Below are positions 1 to 12,712 of a stretch of DNA of 64,000 bases, piece by piece. This stretch comes from Octopus sinensis. Lineage: Eukaryota. Numbering within the stretch: position 1 is the stretch's first letter; the number at the start of each line of letters is the position of its first letter. The stretch spans positions 121,334,001-121,398,000 of the forward strand of contig NC_043001.1 in the NCBI RefSeq assembly GCF_006345805.1, read 5' to 3'. The translations under genes and the position numbers were made by a program. Under the pieces are notes generated by a model that saw nothing but the letters and a program-made list of their open reading frames with translations, was not told the DNA's origin and did no database searches.

Positions 1-77
1 ATGTTTATGTAATATGTGTCAGTTCAATTTGTATACTTGACTGTTACCTAGCCACTCGCTATGCAAGTACATCTCTT

Positions 78-173
<96 letters not shown>

Positions 174-2039
174 CAGATTGTAACATAGATAAATATATAG
201 ACAGAAATAGATAGTCAAAAGAAGAATAGACATACCAACTACCAAACACCTAGAAAGATAGACTGCTTGATAGCTCGATAGATATATAGATAAATAGATA
301 GATGCTTATGTTTTTTTATTGCTACTCATCACTCATTTTGTCCATTTTATGTTTCTCACCTGTACTGCTCTTTGTAAAGAATTAGCAAACTGAGCTGTTT
401 TGCAATAAAGGCTTGAATGGATTGAGAGCTATATGATAAACTGGTGAAGGAAGCATGGATTTAAACTCTGCCTTATTAATTGCTCATTGGTGAAATAGCA
501 TAAAAGATATTGTTTATGGTTAAGATTTCTTAATTAATATCAGTTTCTATATTAGTGTATGCATCTTTAGTGAAATGATGATGAACTCTCTTACAATATG
601 ACTATGTGAATTGCTGAAATTATGGTATATTGTAAATTTCATGAATATTTGAATGACAGGAAAGCTATCCTGTTTCCTAACATGCAGATTTATTTTTCCC
701 AAGTCATTTGATTAATTGGTCATGTTTGTAAAACAGGGGAATGCCTCAAATTTTAGAGGAAGTGGTTAATTGATTAAATTGATCTTATTACTTGACTTGC
801 ACTTTTTTTATCAACCATTAAAGGAAGAGAAACAAAGTTAGCCTCAACAGGATTTGAAACTAGAATATAAAGAGCTGGTAGAAATATTGGAAGGTATTTT
901 GGCAACACTCTAACAATTGTGCCTTTCCACTATCTTAAGTTTAATAGAATAAAATCTGTGAATGAATTTTGATGAATTTCTTGTGTAGTTTTAATGAAAG
1001 TTGGTCTCACATTGCTTGCATTTATATCTTTCCTGAGACATGTAAAAGTTTCCATTTGTATAATACTTGGCTGCTTGTCACTTCAAATAAAGAGTAGTGA
1101 ACTGATATTAAAGCCAAAATTTTCCTTTCGCTACTATTAGGATGTTTTTCATTTTTACTTTCAGGGTTAAAAAATGAATGATTACACTTATTGGTTTACA
1201 TGCGAACTTTTGTTTATTTTATATCCTTCTATATGTTGGATATGCAAATTTCACGAAGCGGGGATAGACACAACTGTCTTCACACAACCTACTTCAGATT
1301 ACTCCACTAAACACAATACTCTAATAAATAGAAACTCTGAACAATGTCAGCAACTTCCATGAACTCCCAATGACTCTCTTTGTCTCAACCAATATGCTAA
1401 TTTTTTTATAAGAGTTTTGCTAGTCCATTCTTCCAATCCCATAGGGGTGCCAATGACTCTCACCACAACAGTTTATACATGTATATTTTACCAAAACAAG
1501 TATCCCCATGCAAAGCTTCACCTGTATGTAAGTACATAACTTTTTTGTTAATTTAAGTTTTCTGTTAGTTAACCACAGCTGTTTGTACATTGAACACCTG
1601 TTTCTCTGTGTATATTGAACAATTTCCATAAGATATATATGTTTGCAAATGTAAAATATGTTTGTTTCCCAATGCCATGGTTTAGGGTCTAGTTCTACTG
1701 TGTGGCATTTTGGGCAAGAGTCTTCGACTATAGGTAGGGATCAACAAATGCATTTTTAGTGAAAGTCGTTGATGGGAACTATATGAAGCTTATTGCATGT
1801 GTGTGTATACACCATATCAATTATGTGATGCATGTTATAGGTAACTGTTGACAAAAAGTGCAAAATACTCATTGAAAAATCAAAATAATTTAGAGTAATG
1901 TCAAGAAGGGATGTAGAATGGATAGTGAAAGGTCTGGCTTGGAAGGTGTCCCACAGTATTGCAGCCTGGGCCTATGTGTCATCTTGCTACTGCAAGAGAG
2001 TACAGACCATTGAATGTTTGTGAAATATTGGCATCTAAG

Positions 2040-2480
2040 ATTATGAACTCTTTGGATTTACTGATTACCTTGATGTCAGTGAGATTGCCATTGTCAAACA
2101 AGAGATTTGTTACCTTAGTAAGTGTCTACCCTCCAACCATGTGTTCCTCTGAAGAGAAAAAAAAAGACTAATATTTTATCTTTAATGAAAAAAGCTTCTG
2201 TGCAGTATTCTTTCTGCTTATAAAATCTTCATATTTGGTGATTTCAATGAAAGCATTTGCAGAGATAAAAAAATTTGGGATATAATTGGGAAACATGAAG
2301 CCAGAAAATGCAATAGTAATGGCTTGTTTAGTACTGCAAATGTGTTCGATTTTTGCATATACTGGGTAACTGTCAATCTCCTAGTGTGGAGCATGCTGTA
2401 TTTGAGCACCAAATATGTGGGAGTATTTATGTGATCAAGATGAAAGGCAATTAGGTCTCTCATTAATTTCTGTTTGGTGA
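2040..2480 (+). mobile_element. Old, degenerate RTE/BovB-like LINE endonuclease fragment
   Basis: Translation LMSVRLPLSNKRFVTLVSVYPPTM resembles the RTE endonuclease motif RLM.LRLPL..K..VT..SAYAPTM. A GKH..KCNSNG-like segment follows downstream. Many stops. Confidence 0.55.
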
Positions 2481-2819
2481 GTTGGCCCTGAGGAAAAATC
2501 TAGGCAACAAATTGAAATTAAGGCATGAATGCATTAGAGACACTTAGAGGATCTAGATCAAATTAGAGAAGGTGAAAACATCACAAAGTTTTTGATGGAA
2601 AAAATTGTTTCATGTTGGAATGAGTGAATTTGAATGAATGTCAATAAAATCTTAGTGTGCATGAAAAGCTTGAGAGAGATTTTTGAAAAGGTCTTAATAT
2701 TAATGTTTCCATTGTGTTTTGCTTCAAAAACTACATAGACATGACAGAATTAAATAGACATCCTTATAATTGTTAAAATTTATTTAAATTATTTATTAAT
2801 TATTATAATGTGAATATCT

Positions 2820-3120
2820 AATATTTAGTAGACAGGCTCCTTGCATTTTTGAATGCAAGGACCCTAGCAGGCATGCTACTGATCTGATGAATATTCTCTT
2901 CATGATTTTCTTGCCAAGTTTCTTGCAGTAATATCAAAAGATCTGGCTTTAAGGATGCTTTCTTTTTCTTTTTAGGAAGTATCCCATCCATCATGCCTCA
3001 GAGGTGTTCAGTAGGGTTCATATCTGGTGATTGGCTTAGCTATGGAAGCTTTTTAATGCCATTCTCTTCCAACCAATCCTGGGTCTTTTAGTTGTGCAAG
3101 AAAGCCCTATCTTCCATAAA
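2820..3120 (-). mobile_element. Tc1/mariner transposase pseudogene, C-terminal part
   Basis: Minus-strand TKKTQDWLEENGIKKLP*LSQSPDMNPTEHL* matches the Tc1 WPSQSPDLNPIEHLW motif. Confidence 0.75.
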
Positions 3121-6100
3121 TCATCATCATCATCATCATTTAGCGTCCGCTTTCCATGCTAGCATGGGTTGGACGGGTCAACTGGGGTCTGTGAAGCTGG
3201 AAGGCTTCGTCAGGCCCAGTCAGATCTGGCAGTGTTTCTACGGCTGGATGCCTTCCTAACGCCAACCACTCTGCGAGTGTAGTGGGTGTTTTTTACGTGC
3301 CACCTGCACAGGTACCAGACAGAGCTGGCGAACGGCCATGAACGGATGGTGCTTTTACGTGTCACCGGCACGGGGCCAGGCGATGCTGGCAACGGACACG
3401 AACGGATGGTGCTTTTACGTGCCACCGACACGGGGCCAGACAGAGCTGGCAAACGGCCACGAACGGACGGTGCTTTTACGTGTCACCGGCACGGGGGCCA
3501 GCCGAGGCTGACAACGAACACGAACGGATGGTGCTTTTACGTGCCACCAACATGGGGCCAGACAGAGCTGGCAAACGGCCACGAACGGACGGTGCTTTTA
3601 CGTGTCACCGGCACGGGGGTCAGCCGAGGCTGGCAACGGACGCGAACGGATGGTGCTTTTACGTGCCACCGACACGGTTGCCAGACAGAGCTGGCGAACG
3701 GCCACGAACGGACGGTGCTTTTACGTGTCACCGGCACGGGGGCCAGCTGAGGCTGGCAACGGACACGAACGGATGGTGCTTTTACGTGCCACCGACACGG
3801 GGGCCAGGCAGAGCTGGCAAACGGCCACGAGCGAATGGTGCTTTTACGTATCACCGGCACAGGTGCCAGACGAGGCTGACAGCGGACACGAACGGATGGG
3901 TCACTTAACCCCTGCTTTCTGATATATGATTTGATTTTGATTGTTCTCACTGGTCTTGCCGGGTCTTCTGACGCACAGCATACTTCCATAGGTCTCGGTC
4001 TCTGGTCATTTCCTTGGTGAGACCTAGAGTTCGAAGGTGGTGCTTCACCACCTCGACCCAGGTTTTCCTGGGTCTACCTCTTCCACAGGTCCCCTCAACT
4101 GCCAGGGTGTGGCACTTTTTCACACACCTATCTTCATCCATTCTCGCCACATGACCATACCAGTGCAATCGTCTCTCTTGCACACAACATCTGATGCCTC
4201 TTAGGTCCAACTTTTCTCTCAAGGTACTTACACTCTGTCGACTATGAACACTGACATTACACATCCAACGGAGCATACTAGCTTCATTTCTCGCGAGCTT
4301 ACGCATGTCCTCAGCAGTCACGGCCCATGTTTCACTGCCATGTAGCATGGCTGTTCGTACACATGCATCATACAGTCTGCCTTTTACTCTGAGCGAGAGG
4401 CCTTTAGTCACCAACAGAGGTAAGAGCTCCCTAAACTTTGCCCAGGCTATTCTTACTCTAGCCGTTACACTTTCAGCACACCCACCCCCACTACTGACTT
4501 GGTCACCAAGATAACGGAAGCTATCAACTACTTCTAGTTTTTCCCCCTGGAAAGTGACGGAAGTTGTTTTCTGCAGATTTTCAGAGGTTAATGCTCCCGA
4601 GCATCTACCACATACAAAAACCATCTTCCTAGTTAGCCTTCCTATGACATTGCTGCACCTCTTATGTGTCCATAGCTTACACTTGGTGCATCTTATAGAG
4701 TTTCTACCTACACCTTTTCTACAGATCGAGCAGGGCCATCTACCTGAAGGCGTTTGTGATTTGTCTACCTTCCTACTTATTATGACTTTGGTTTTAGCTA
4801 GGTTGACTCTAAGGCCCTTCGATTCTAAACCATGCTTCCACACCTGAAACTTCTTCTCCAGTTCTGATAATGATTCAGCAATTAGAGCAAGGTCATCAGC
4901 ATAGAGGAGCTCCCAGGGGCATCCTGTCTTGAATTCCTCCGTTATTGCCTGGAGGACTATGATAAATAGGAGGGGGCTGAGGACTGAGCCTTGGTGGACC
5001 CCAACCTCTACCCGGAATTCTTCACTGTACTCATTGCCAACCCTCACCTTACTAGCAGCGTCCTGTACATGGCTTGCACAGCTCTCACTAACCATTCATC
5101 TATTCCTAGTTTCCTCATTGACCACCATATGAGGGATCGGGGGACCCTGTCGAAGGCTTTCTCCATGTCAACAAAAGCCAGGTACAGGGGCTTATCTTTG
5201 GCTAGGTATTTCTCCTGCAGCTGCCTTACCAGGAATATAGCATCAGTGGTACTTTTCCCTGGCACGAACCCAAACTGCATCTCATCTAAACTAACTCTCT
5301 CTCTAATTAGTTGGCTTATGACCCTCTCTGTAACCTTCATCACCTGATCCAACAGCTTGATACCCCTGTAATTATTTGTATCTAGGGCATCACCTTTACC
5401 TTTGTAGCAGTTGACTATTATGCTGCTACACCAGTCATAGGGTATGACTCCTTCATGTATCACCTGATTAACTATACAGGTGACTAGGCTATAGCCGACA
5501 CTACCAGATATTTTGAGCATCTCTGCAGTGATACCTGATGGGCCTGGGGCTTTCCCTGTCTTCGTGCTTCTAATTGCTTTAGCTACCAAGGAACTATCAA
5601 CCCTGATAGCTGGTCCCTCTGTTGGTTCAATGTTCGGCAGACTCTCTTTATCCCATTCATTTTCTTTATTCAGCAACCTTTCATAGTGGCATCGCCAAGC
5701 CTCTCTCTTTGCATCCTCGTTTAGCGCAAGTGAACCATCTTCCATGCGAACACACTTCTCTCCCACCACATCACAATTCTCTCTCACACACAACGCGAAA
5801 CACCTCCAGTCTTTGGTCCTCACGGCGCAGAACATTGGCAAATTTTTTCTTATCTGCTTCCCCTCTGGCTAGATAGACCTGTCTCCTAGCTTCCCTTTTA
5901 GCAGTCTGATACAATTCCCTGCTACCACTATTCTTCCAGTGCTTCCAAGTCTGTCTCTTTTCTCTAATAGCCCTGTCTACGACACTGTTCCACCACCACA
6001 TTACCTTGGGACGAGAGGGGACCTTGCACCAGCCACAGATCTGGTCAGTGGCTCTCAGCAGGTTGTCCCTTAGAAACGTCCAGTTGCCCTCTACCCCATG

Positions 6101-6890
6101 TGATACTCTATCCCCTTCTACTTCATCAAAGGCTTCAAGTAACATGTCTCTAAATCTCTGTCCATTCACAGGATCCTTAAGCTTCCAGATCCTTCTTCTC
6201 CATGTTGGTCGTCTTCTGGTTGTCCTCCTACTCCTGATCCTAAAGTCACTAACTACCAGTCTATGTTGTGGGGTGCATTCTTCGCCTGGGAAGGTTTTGG
6301 CATTTATAAGTAGCCATCTCTCCCTTTGCCTGGCAAGGATGTAGTCAATTTGGCTGGTATGTTGGCCCGATCGGTAGGTGAGTAGGTGGCTGGTAGGTTT
6401 CCTGAAGTTAGTGTTGCAAATCATAAGATTATTTGCATCGCAGAACTCCAGCAGCCTGGTTCCCTCCTCGTTGCAGGAACCAGAGCCATAGCCTCCATGT
6501 ACGCCATGGAAGCCCCCAGCATGTCGTCCAACGTGACCATTGAAGTCACCAGCCACAAAGAGAAGGTCTCTGTCGTTCGTCAACGAGGTAGTCTGCAGTA
6601 GAGTGTCATAGAATCGGTCTTTCTGTCCATCAGGTAGCCCCAACTGAGGAGCATAGGCTGATATAATGGTCGCTAATCTAATCTTAAGTATTCTGTCGCA
6701 TACTCTGATTACCTCAATTACTTTATCTACCCATTTCTCAGCGATAAGTATACCCACGCCTCCAACCCCATCAGTGTTCCCTGCCCAGAAAATCTTGTAC
6801 CTGTGTTCCTTGCCTGTGAGGAACCTAGAAGAACCTCCTCTCCACCTTACTTCTTGCATGCAACATATATCCACATGCAACATATAGTGT
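3121..6890 (-). mobile_element. RTE-clade LINE, near full length, 5'-truncated and frameshifted (APE endonuclease, RT, PHD-like finger, 3' UTR, (TGA)n tail)
   Basis: ORF pieces 5771-6883 (VDICCMQEVRW, GDFNGH, IDYIL), 5044-5841 (YRGIKLL, QFGF, AFVDMEKAFDRV) and 3947-5095 (QGSVLSP, LYADD, YLG, WYGH). Tail is (tca)n on the + strand at 3121-3140. Confidence 0.95.
3300..3900. repeat. Minisatellite of about 61 bp (about 10 units, alternating variants) in the RTE 3' UTR
   Basis: The core ggtgcttttacgtg recurs at about 61-bp spacing. The following sequence alternates between gtcaccggcacg and gccaccgacacg. Confidence 0.9.
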
Positions 6891-7370
6891 TATTTAATCA
6901 TTTTACCCCTGAGGGTTATAGGAAGAAGATTTTTCTATAATATGGACACATTTATCTGAGTTTATGTATCCCTCACATTCCACCATTTCTGATTGACTAT
7001 TGCTCCAAACTGCTCTCCAGACCATCACATGTTTCATTGTTGGCTGCAATATATTCACGTGAAAATATTGGTGACTGATTCTCCAGACCCACATTCGACC
7101 AGTGTCAGAAAATACAGCAAATCTGGATTCATCAGAGAATTTGACAGTGTCCCAAAGTGCTAGTGACCTCTCTACCATCTCACTTGTCCAATCTTTTCTC
7201 CATTTGATGTTGGCTGGTCGAAGCAGTGTCTTCTTTCTTGCTGCTCTGCCATAATAGCCAATTTTGCGGAGATAATTGACAGCTATTCTGGGACTGACAT
7301 CAACTTATTCTGCTGTATTGGAGGCCTTGCAATGAGGATTATCTTACACACTTCTCTTAAGAAAGCAAAG
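6890..7370 (-). mobile_element. Tc1/mariner transposase pseudogene, N-terminal DDE part
   Basis: WDTVKFSDESRF...VMVW motifs in ORF 6903-7178. Collinear with 2820-3120 across the RTE insertion. Confidence 0.75.
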
Positions 7371-7440
7371 TGTTCTGTCAGAGGGCCTTAGTCTACCTGG
7401 GTAAGGTGATATGGACTACTTTCACGTTTAGTGAATTGAA

Positions 7441-7540
7441 NNNNNNNNNNNNNNNNNNNNNNNNNNNNNNNNNNNNNNNNNNNNNNNNNNNNNNNNNNNN
7501 NNNNNNNNNNNNNNNNNNNNNNNNNNNNNNNNNNNNNNNN
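7441..7540. other. Scaffold gap (100 N)
   Basis: Run of N. Confidence 1.
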
Positions 7541-8370
7541 ACACATATTCCCATATTCCCACTCACCCTTGTGGAAATATGATTGATTGATTGATTCTAG
7601 TTTCAGCTCATGAGCTGTGGCCATGCTGGGGCACGGTAAGAAAGATTATTTATTTCATATCGCTTCATTGTCACAAGAATATTAGAAGACACACGCTCAC
7701 AAGAAATATATCAGCAGTTTAATTGTATCAGGCGAAATAATTCCAGCTTACAAGTACAGTAAGTATTTCAGGTTTACAGATAGAATATATGTGACTATAT
7801 TCGAATTTATATTTTTCGCTTCCACTTCAGTGGCTCGATTACATAAATAACGTGAAGTGAATGACAAAATTCGAAGTTGAATGATAATATCGAAACACGA
7901 AGGAGAATATTGAAATAAGAACTGGAGGAGGATGCAAAATATAAAATAAAGTCACATTTCAGACAGAACTACACATATATATGGACATACACACGTACTT
8001 CAGCTAAAAATATTTGATGCAAACATGTAAACTAACAAACGTTATAATTTCTAATACAAATTCATATCAAAATCATTGAAATTTGGGGAACAAAAATGAG
8101 TTATTGAAATGCGAATTGAAACAAAGCAACTACAATAAAGGAATATTATATTTTCCTATTATTTCACTTTCTCTCTCAAATTCTCTCTCTCCTTCTTTCA
8201 CATTGTCTCGCTCTCTCCTATTCTCTTTGTATCATCCTAAATCTTGTTCATTCTACAAGTTTGAATTGATTTTGTTTGGTGGAGTCTGAAATTTTATACA
8301 TTTGTGAGCTTATATATCAGCATCAATTATTACTTTCGGAAAATAGTATCAAGAAACTGAAGGAACTTAC

Positions 8371-8442
8371 AATGTGTTCAAATTGGAAAGCCCCGTGAAT
8401 GTACCTTCTTTGATGGTTGAAATGTTGTTGGCACCAAGACGT
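8371..8442 (-). CDS. LRR exon A3 (72 nt, phase 2-2): (L)RLGANNISTIKEGTFTGLSNLNTL
   Basis: Acceptor tctttctttactgctttag, donor gtaagt, 72 nt, LRR consensus. I found no further exon (LRRCT/TM/TIR) below the gap. Confidence 0.93.
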
Positions 8443-9632
8443 CTAAAGCAGTAAAGAAAGAGTAAAATAGATTATATGTAAAATATTTGTGATACGACAT
8501 GAAAGACTGTGACTTCAGAATGACAGGAAGAAAAAGAAGAAAGATGACGAAGAAGAAAAAGAAGAAGAAGAAGAAGGAGAAGAAGAAGGAAGAGGAAGAG
8601 AAGAAGAAGAATAAAAAGAAGAATAAGGAGGAGGAAGAGGAGAAGAAGAAGAAGAAAAAGTAGAAAAAACGTAGAAGAAGAAGGGAGAAGATAAAGGAGA
8701 AGAAGAAGATCTAGAAGAAGAAGAAAAAGAAGAAGAAGAATTGGGGAAGAGGCGGAGGAGGAGAGGTGGGGATGTTAGGAGGAGGACAAAGGAATGGATG
8801 ACTGAGGAGGGGCAGCTGGGGAGAGCAGCAGAAGGAGCAGGAAGAGCAGGAGGGTGAGAATAAGAGGAAGAATTGGCAGAGAATGGAAAAGAGGGAGACC
8901 ATTGAAGAAGCAGGAAGTACAGAGACGAAAAAGAAGAAGAAAAAAAGAAGGCAAAGAAGAAGACAACGAAGAAGTAGAACACGAAGAAACGTAACAAGAA
9001 GAAGAAGAAGATGAAGTAGAAGAAGAATAAGAGGAAGGAGAAGAAGAAGACGACGATGAAGAAGAGGAACATGAAGGAGATGAAGAAGGAAAGAAGAAGA
9101 CGAAGAAGATGAAGAAGCAGAAAAAAAGAATAGAAAATAAAAGAAATTGAAGAAAAAGTGGATGAGTAGGACGAGAGGGAGTTTAAGGATGAGAATTGCA
9201 ATAAGAAGAAGAAGAAAAAGGAGGATAAGGAGGTGGAGGAGGAGGGGAATAGGAGATTACAAGAAAAACACAAAACAACACCACAACATAGCAAAAATTC
9301 ATTTCGGTGGTGTGGATAAATAACCACACGGCAGCACACGAATCAAAGAACATGTGTAAGAAAATAGTAGCTAAAACTTATATTAATAGTGCAGATACAT
9401 ACATACTATGAACATACACATATATATTTTCAGGAATAACTTTTTATGCGCAGACATTATCAACTAACAGTCATTGACATGTTCAGACTCAATCAAATAA
9501 ATATAACACGAATATGAGAACTGAATATGATTTACTGTATTAGAGAGTGAGAAAACATGGAAATAAGGGGATATTAAATTTAAAGACATAGTATATTCCT
9601 CATGTATAAACGACGACATTGAAAGAACTTAC

Positions 9633-9704
9633 AATTTCTCTAAGTTGTGAAGGCCTTGAAACATCTCTTTTTCAATCCTTGAAATTTTATTGTTGTCAAG
9701 ATCT
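9633..9704 (-). CDS. LRR exon B2 (72 nt, phase 2-2): (L)DLDNNKISRIEKEMFQGLHNLEKL
   Basis: Acceptor ttgtttcctgcttcag, donor gtaagt, 72 nt, LRR consensus. Confidence 0.93.
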
Positions 9705-11279
9705 CTGAAGCAGGAAACAATATTGGTTAGATTGACATAGTGTGAATTGCGATAACATATTCAATATTGTTCTTTATTTAAAGGGACAAAATTATAGGAA
9801 AATAATACAAGAAGTGGAGGAACAGGAAAGAGATTGAGGAGAAGAAGAAGAATAAGAAGAAGAAGGAGAGGAGGGGAAGGGGAAAAGAAGAAGTCAAGGA
9901 GGAAGAGAATGGGGGAGAAGAAGTAGAAGAAGAAGGAGGTGGAGGAGGAGGAGGAGGAGTAGGTGAAGAAGAATGAGGACAGGGAAGGACAATGAGATGC
10001 AGGAGGGGGAGGAAAATAGGAGGAGGTGCAGAGGGTAGAGTATAAGAAGATATAGATGATTAAAAAGTGGAGGAAGAAAAAGAAAAAGGTGAAGAAGGAA
10101 GAAGAGAAAAATAGGTGGAGGCGGAGGAGTAGGAGGAAGGGGAAGAAGAAGAAGACAAGGAGACGAGAGGAAGAGCAAGGGAAGTATAAGAAAAAGAAGG
10201 AGAGGAGGATAAGTAGGAGGAAGAAATAGAAGAAGAAGAAGAAACGGAAGAAGAGAAAAGAAGAAAAGAAGAAAAGAAGAAGAAGAAGAAGAAGAAGAAG
10301 AAGAAGATGATGTGTTGAAGACGAAACTGAAATTTTTCTCAAGATATCAAATAATTCAAGGATAGAACCGAAAAATTTTGGGCGAGAAGACATGGGTGAA
10401 AAATCAGGGAATATACGAATCAGAAATCAACATATCAAATGCACTCATACACATTCTTATATTCATAGTATCAACAACGAATGCGGTATGCACATTCACA
10501 TCACCACCCTATTCCCACTCACCCTTGGGGAATATGGTGAGAGAGATTTTTATTTCATCTCGCTTCATTGTCACAAGAATATTAAAAACACACGCTTACA
10601 AGAATAATATCAGCAGTTTAATTGTATCAGGCCAATATTCCAGCTTACAAGTACAGTAATATTTCAGGTTTACAGATAGAATGTATGTGACTATATTATT
10701 CGAATATATATTTTCCGCTTCCACTTCAGTTGCTCTATTACATGAATAACATGAAGTGAATGACAAAATTCGAAGTTGAATGATAATATTGAAACGCGAA
10801 GGAGAATATTGAAATAAGAAATGGAGGAGGATGCAAAATATAAAATAAAGGAATAATATATTCACATTTCACATAGAACTACACTTATATATGAACATAC
10901 ACACGTACTTCAGCTAAAAATATTTGATGCAAACATGTAAACTCACAAACGTTACCATTTCTAATACAAATTCATATCAAAATCATTGAAATTTGGGGAA
11001 TCAAAAATGAGTTATCGAGATGCGAATTGAAACAAAGCAACTACAATAAAGGACAATTATATTTTTCCTATTACTTCATTTTTTCTATCAAATTCTCTCT
11101 CTTCTTTCCCGTTGTCTCGCCCTCTTATATTCTCTTTGTATCTCCCTAAATCTTGTTCATTCTACAAATTTGAATTGATTTTGTTAGGTTCAGTTTGAAA
11201 TTTTATACCTTTGTGAGCTTATATATAAGCATCAATTATTTCTTTCGGAAAATAGTATCAAGAGACTGAACGAACTTAC

Positions 11280-11351
11280 AATTCTTTTAAATTTGAAAGC
11301 CCCGTGAATGTACCTTCTTTGATGGTTGAAATGTTGTTCTCATACAGATAC
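11280..11351 (-). CDS. LRR exon A2 (72 nt, phase 2-2): (L)YLYENNISTIKEGTFTGLSNLKEL
   Basis: Acceptor tctttctttactgctatag, donor gtaagt, 72 nt, LRR consensus. Confidence 0.93.
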
Positions 11352-12640
11352 CTATAGCAGTAAAGAAAGAGTAAAATAGATTATATGGAAAATATTTGTG
11401 ATACGACATCAAACACTGTGACTTCAGAATGAAAGGAAGAAAAAGAAGAAAGATAACGAAGAAGAAGTAGAAGAAGAAGAAGACTGAGAAGAAGAAGAAG
11501 AAAGAAGAAGGAGAGGAAGGAGAATTGACGAGGAGGTGGAGGAGGCAGTGAAGGTGGAGAGGTGGGGAGGTTAGGAGAAGGACAAAGGAAGGGATGACGG
11601 AGCAGGGGGCCGCTAGGGGTAACAGCAGAAGAAGCAGGAAGAGCTGCAGACTGTGAATAAGAGGAAGAATTGGCAGAGAATGGAAAAGAGGGAGACCAGT
11701 GACGGAGCAGAAAGTACAGAGAAGAAAAAGAAGAAAAAGAATAAGGAGAAAAAGAAGAAGAAGAAGAAGAAGCAGAGAAGAAGGAGATGAAGATGAAGAA
11801 GAAGACAAAGAAAAGGAAGAAGTAGAAGAAGAAGTGGAACATGAAGAAGATGAAGAAGGAAAGAAGAAGGCAAAGAAGAAGACAAAGAAGAAGTAGAACA
11901 CGAAGAAAAGTAACAATAAGAAGAAGATGAAGTAGAAAAAGAATAAGAGGAAGAAAAGGAAGAAGCAGAAGAAGAAGAGGAACATGAAGAAGAAGAAGAA
12001 GAAGAAGAAGAAGAAGAGGAACATGAAGAAGAAGAAGAAGAGGAACATGAAGAAGAAGAGGAACATGAAGAAGTTGAAGAATGAAAGAAGAAGACGTAGA
12101 AGATGAAGAAGAAGAAAAATAGAAGAAGAGAACGAAGAAATTGAAGAACAAGGAGGATGAGTAGGACGAAGAGGGGAGGTTGAGGAGGAGAATTGCAATA
12201 AGAAGAAGAAGAAAAAGAAGGAGAAGTTGGTGGAGGAGGAGGGGGAAAAGGATAATTACAAGAAGAAGAACAAAACAACAACAACAACAATAACAAAAAA
12301 ATTATCTCGGTGGAAGTGTGGATAAATAACCACACGGCAGCACAGAATCAAGAGAACAATGTGTAAGAAAATAGTAGCTAAAACTTATATTAATAGTGCA
12401 GATACATACATACATATGAACATACACATATATATTTTCAGGAATAACATTTTTATGCAGACAATTATCAACTGACAGTCATTGACATGTTCAGACTCAA
12501 TCAAATAAATATGACACGAATATGAGAACTGAATATGATTTACTGTAATAGAGAGTGAGAAAACATGGAAATAAGGGGATATTAAATTTAAAGACATAGT
12601 ATATTCCTCATGTATAAACGACAACATTGAAAGAACTTAC

Positions 12641-12712
12641 AATTTCTCTAAGTTGTGAAGGCCTTGAAACATTTCTTTTTCAATCCTTGAAATTTTATTG
12701 TTGGCAAGACGT
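12641..12712 (-). CDS. LRR exon B1 (72 nt, phase 2-2): (L)RLANNKISRIEKEMFQGLHNLEKL
   Basis: Acceptor ttgtttcctgcttcag, donor gtaagt, 72 nt, LRR consensus. Confidence 0.93.

Noticed and set aside
74-170. (CT)n(AT)n(AG)n quasi-palindrome (cruciform potential)
   Set aside because: An ordinary compound microsatellite; similar ones recur throughout the window.
3286-3989. Overlapping ORFs and a CRISPR-like appearance of the 61-bp array
   Set aside because: The 'spacers' are homologous to each other, there are no cas genes and the context is a eukaryotic LINE 3' UTR.
3947-6883. Possibility that the RTE copy is intact and active
   Set aside because: One frameshift is a single-G loss that could be a sequencing error, but there is also a larger deletion near 5790 and 5' truncation of the endonuclease.
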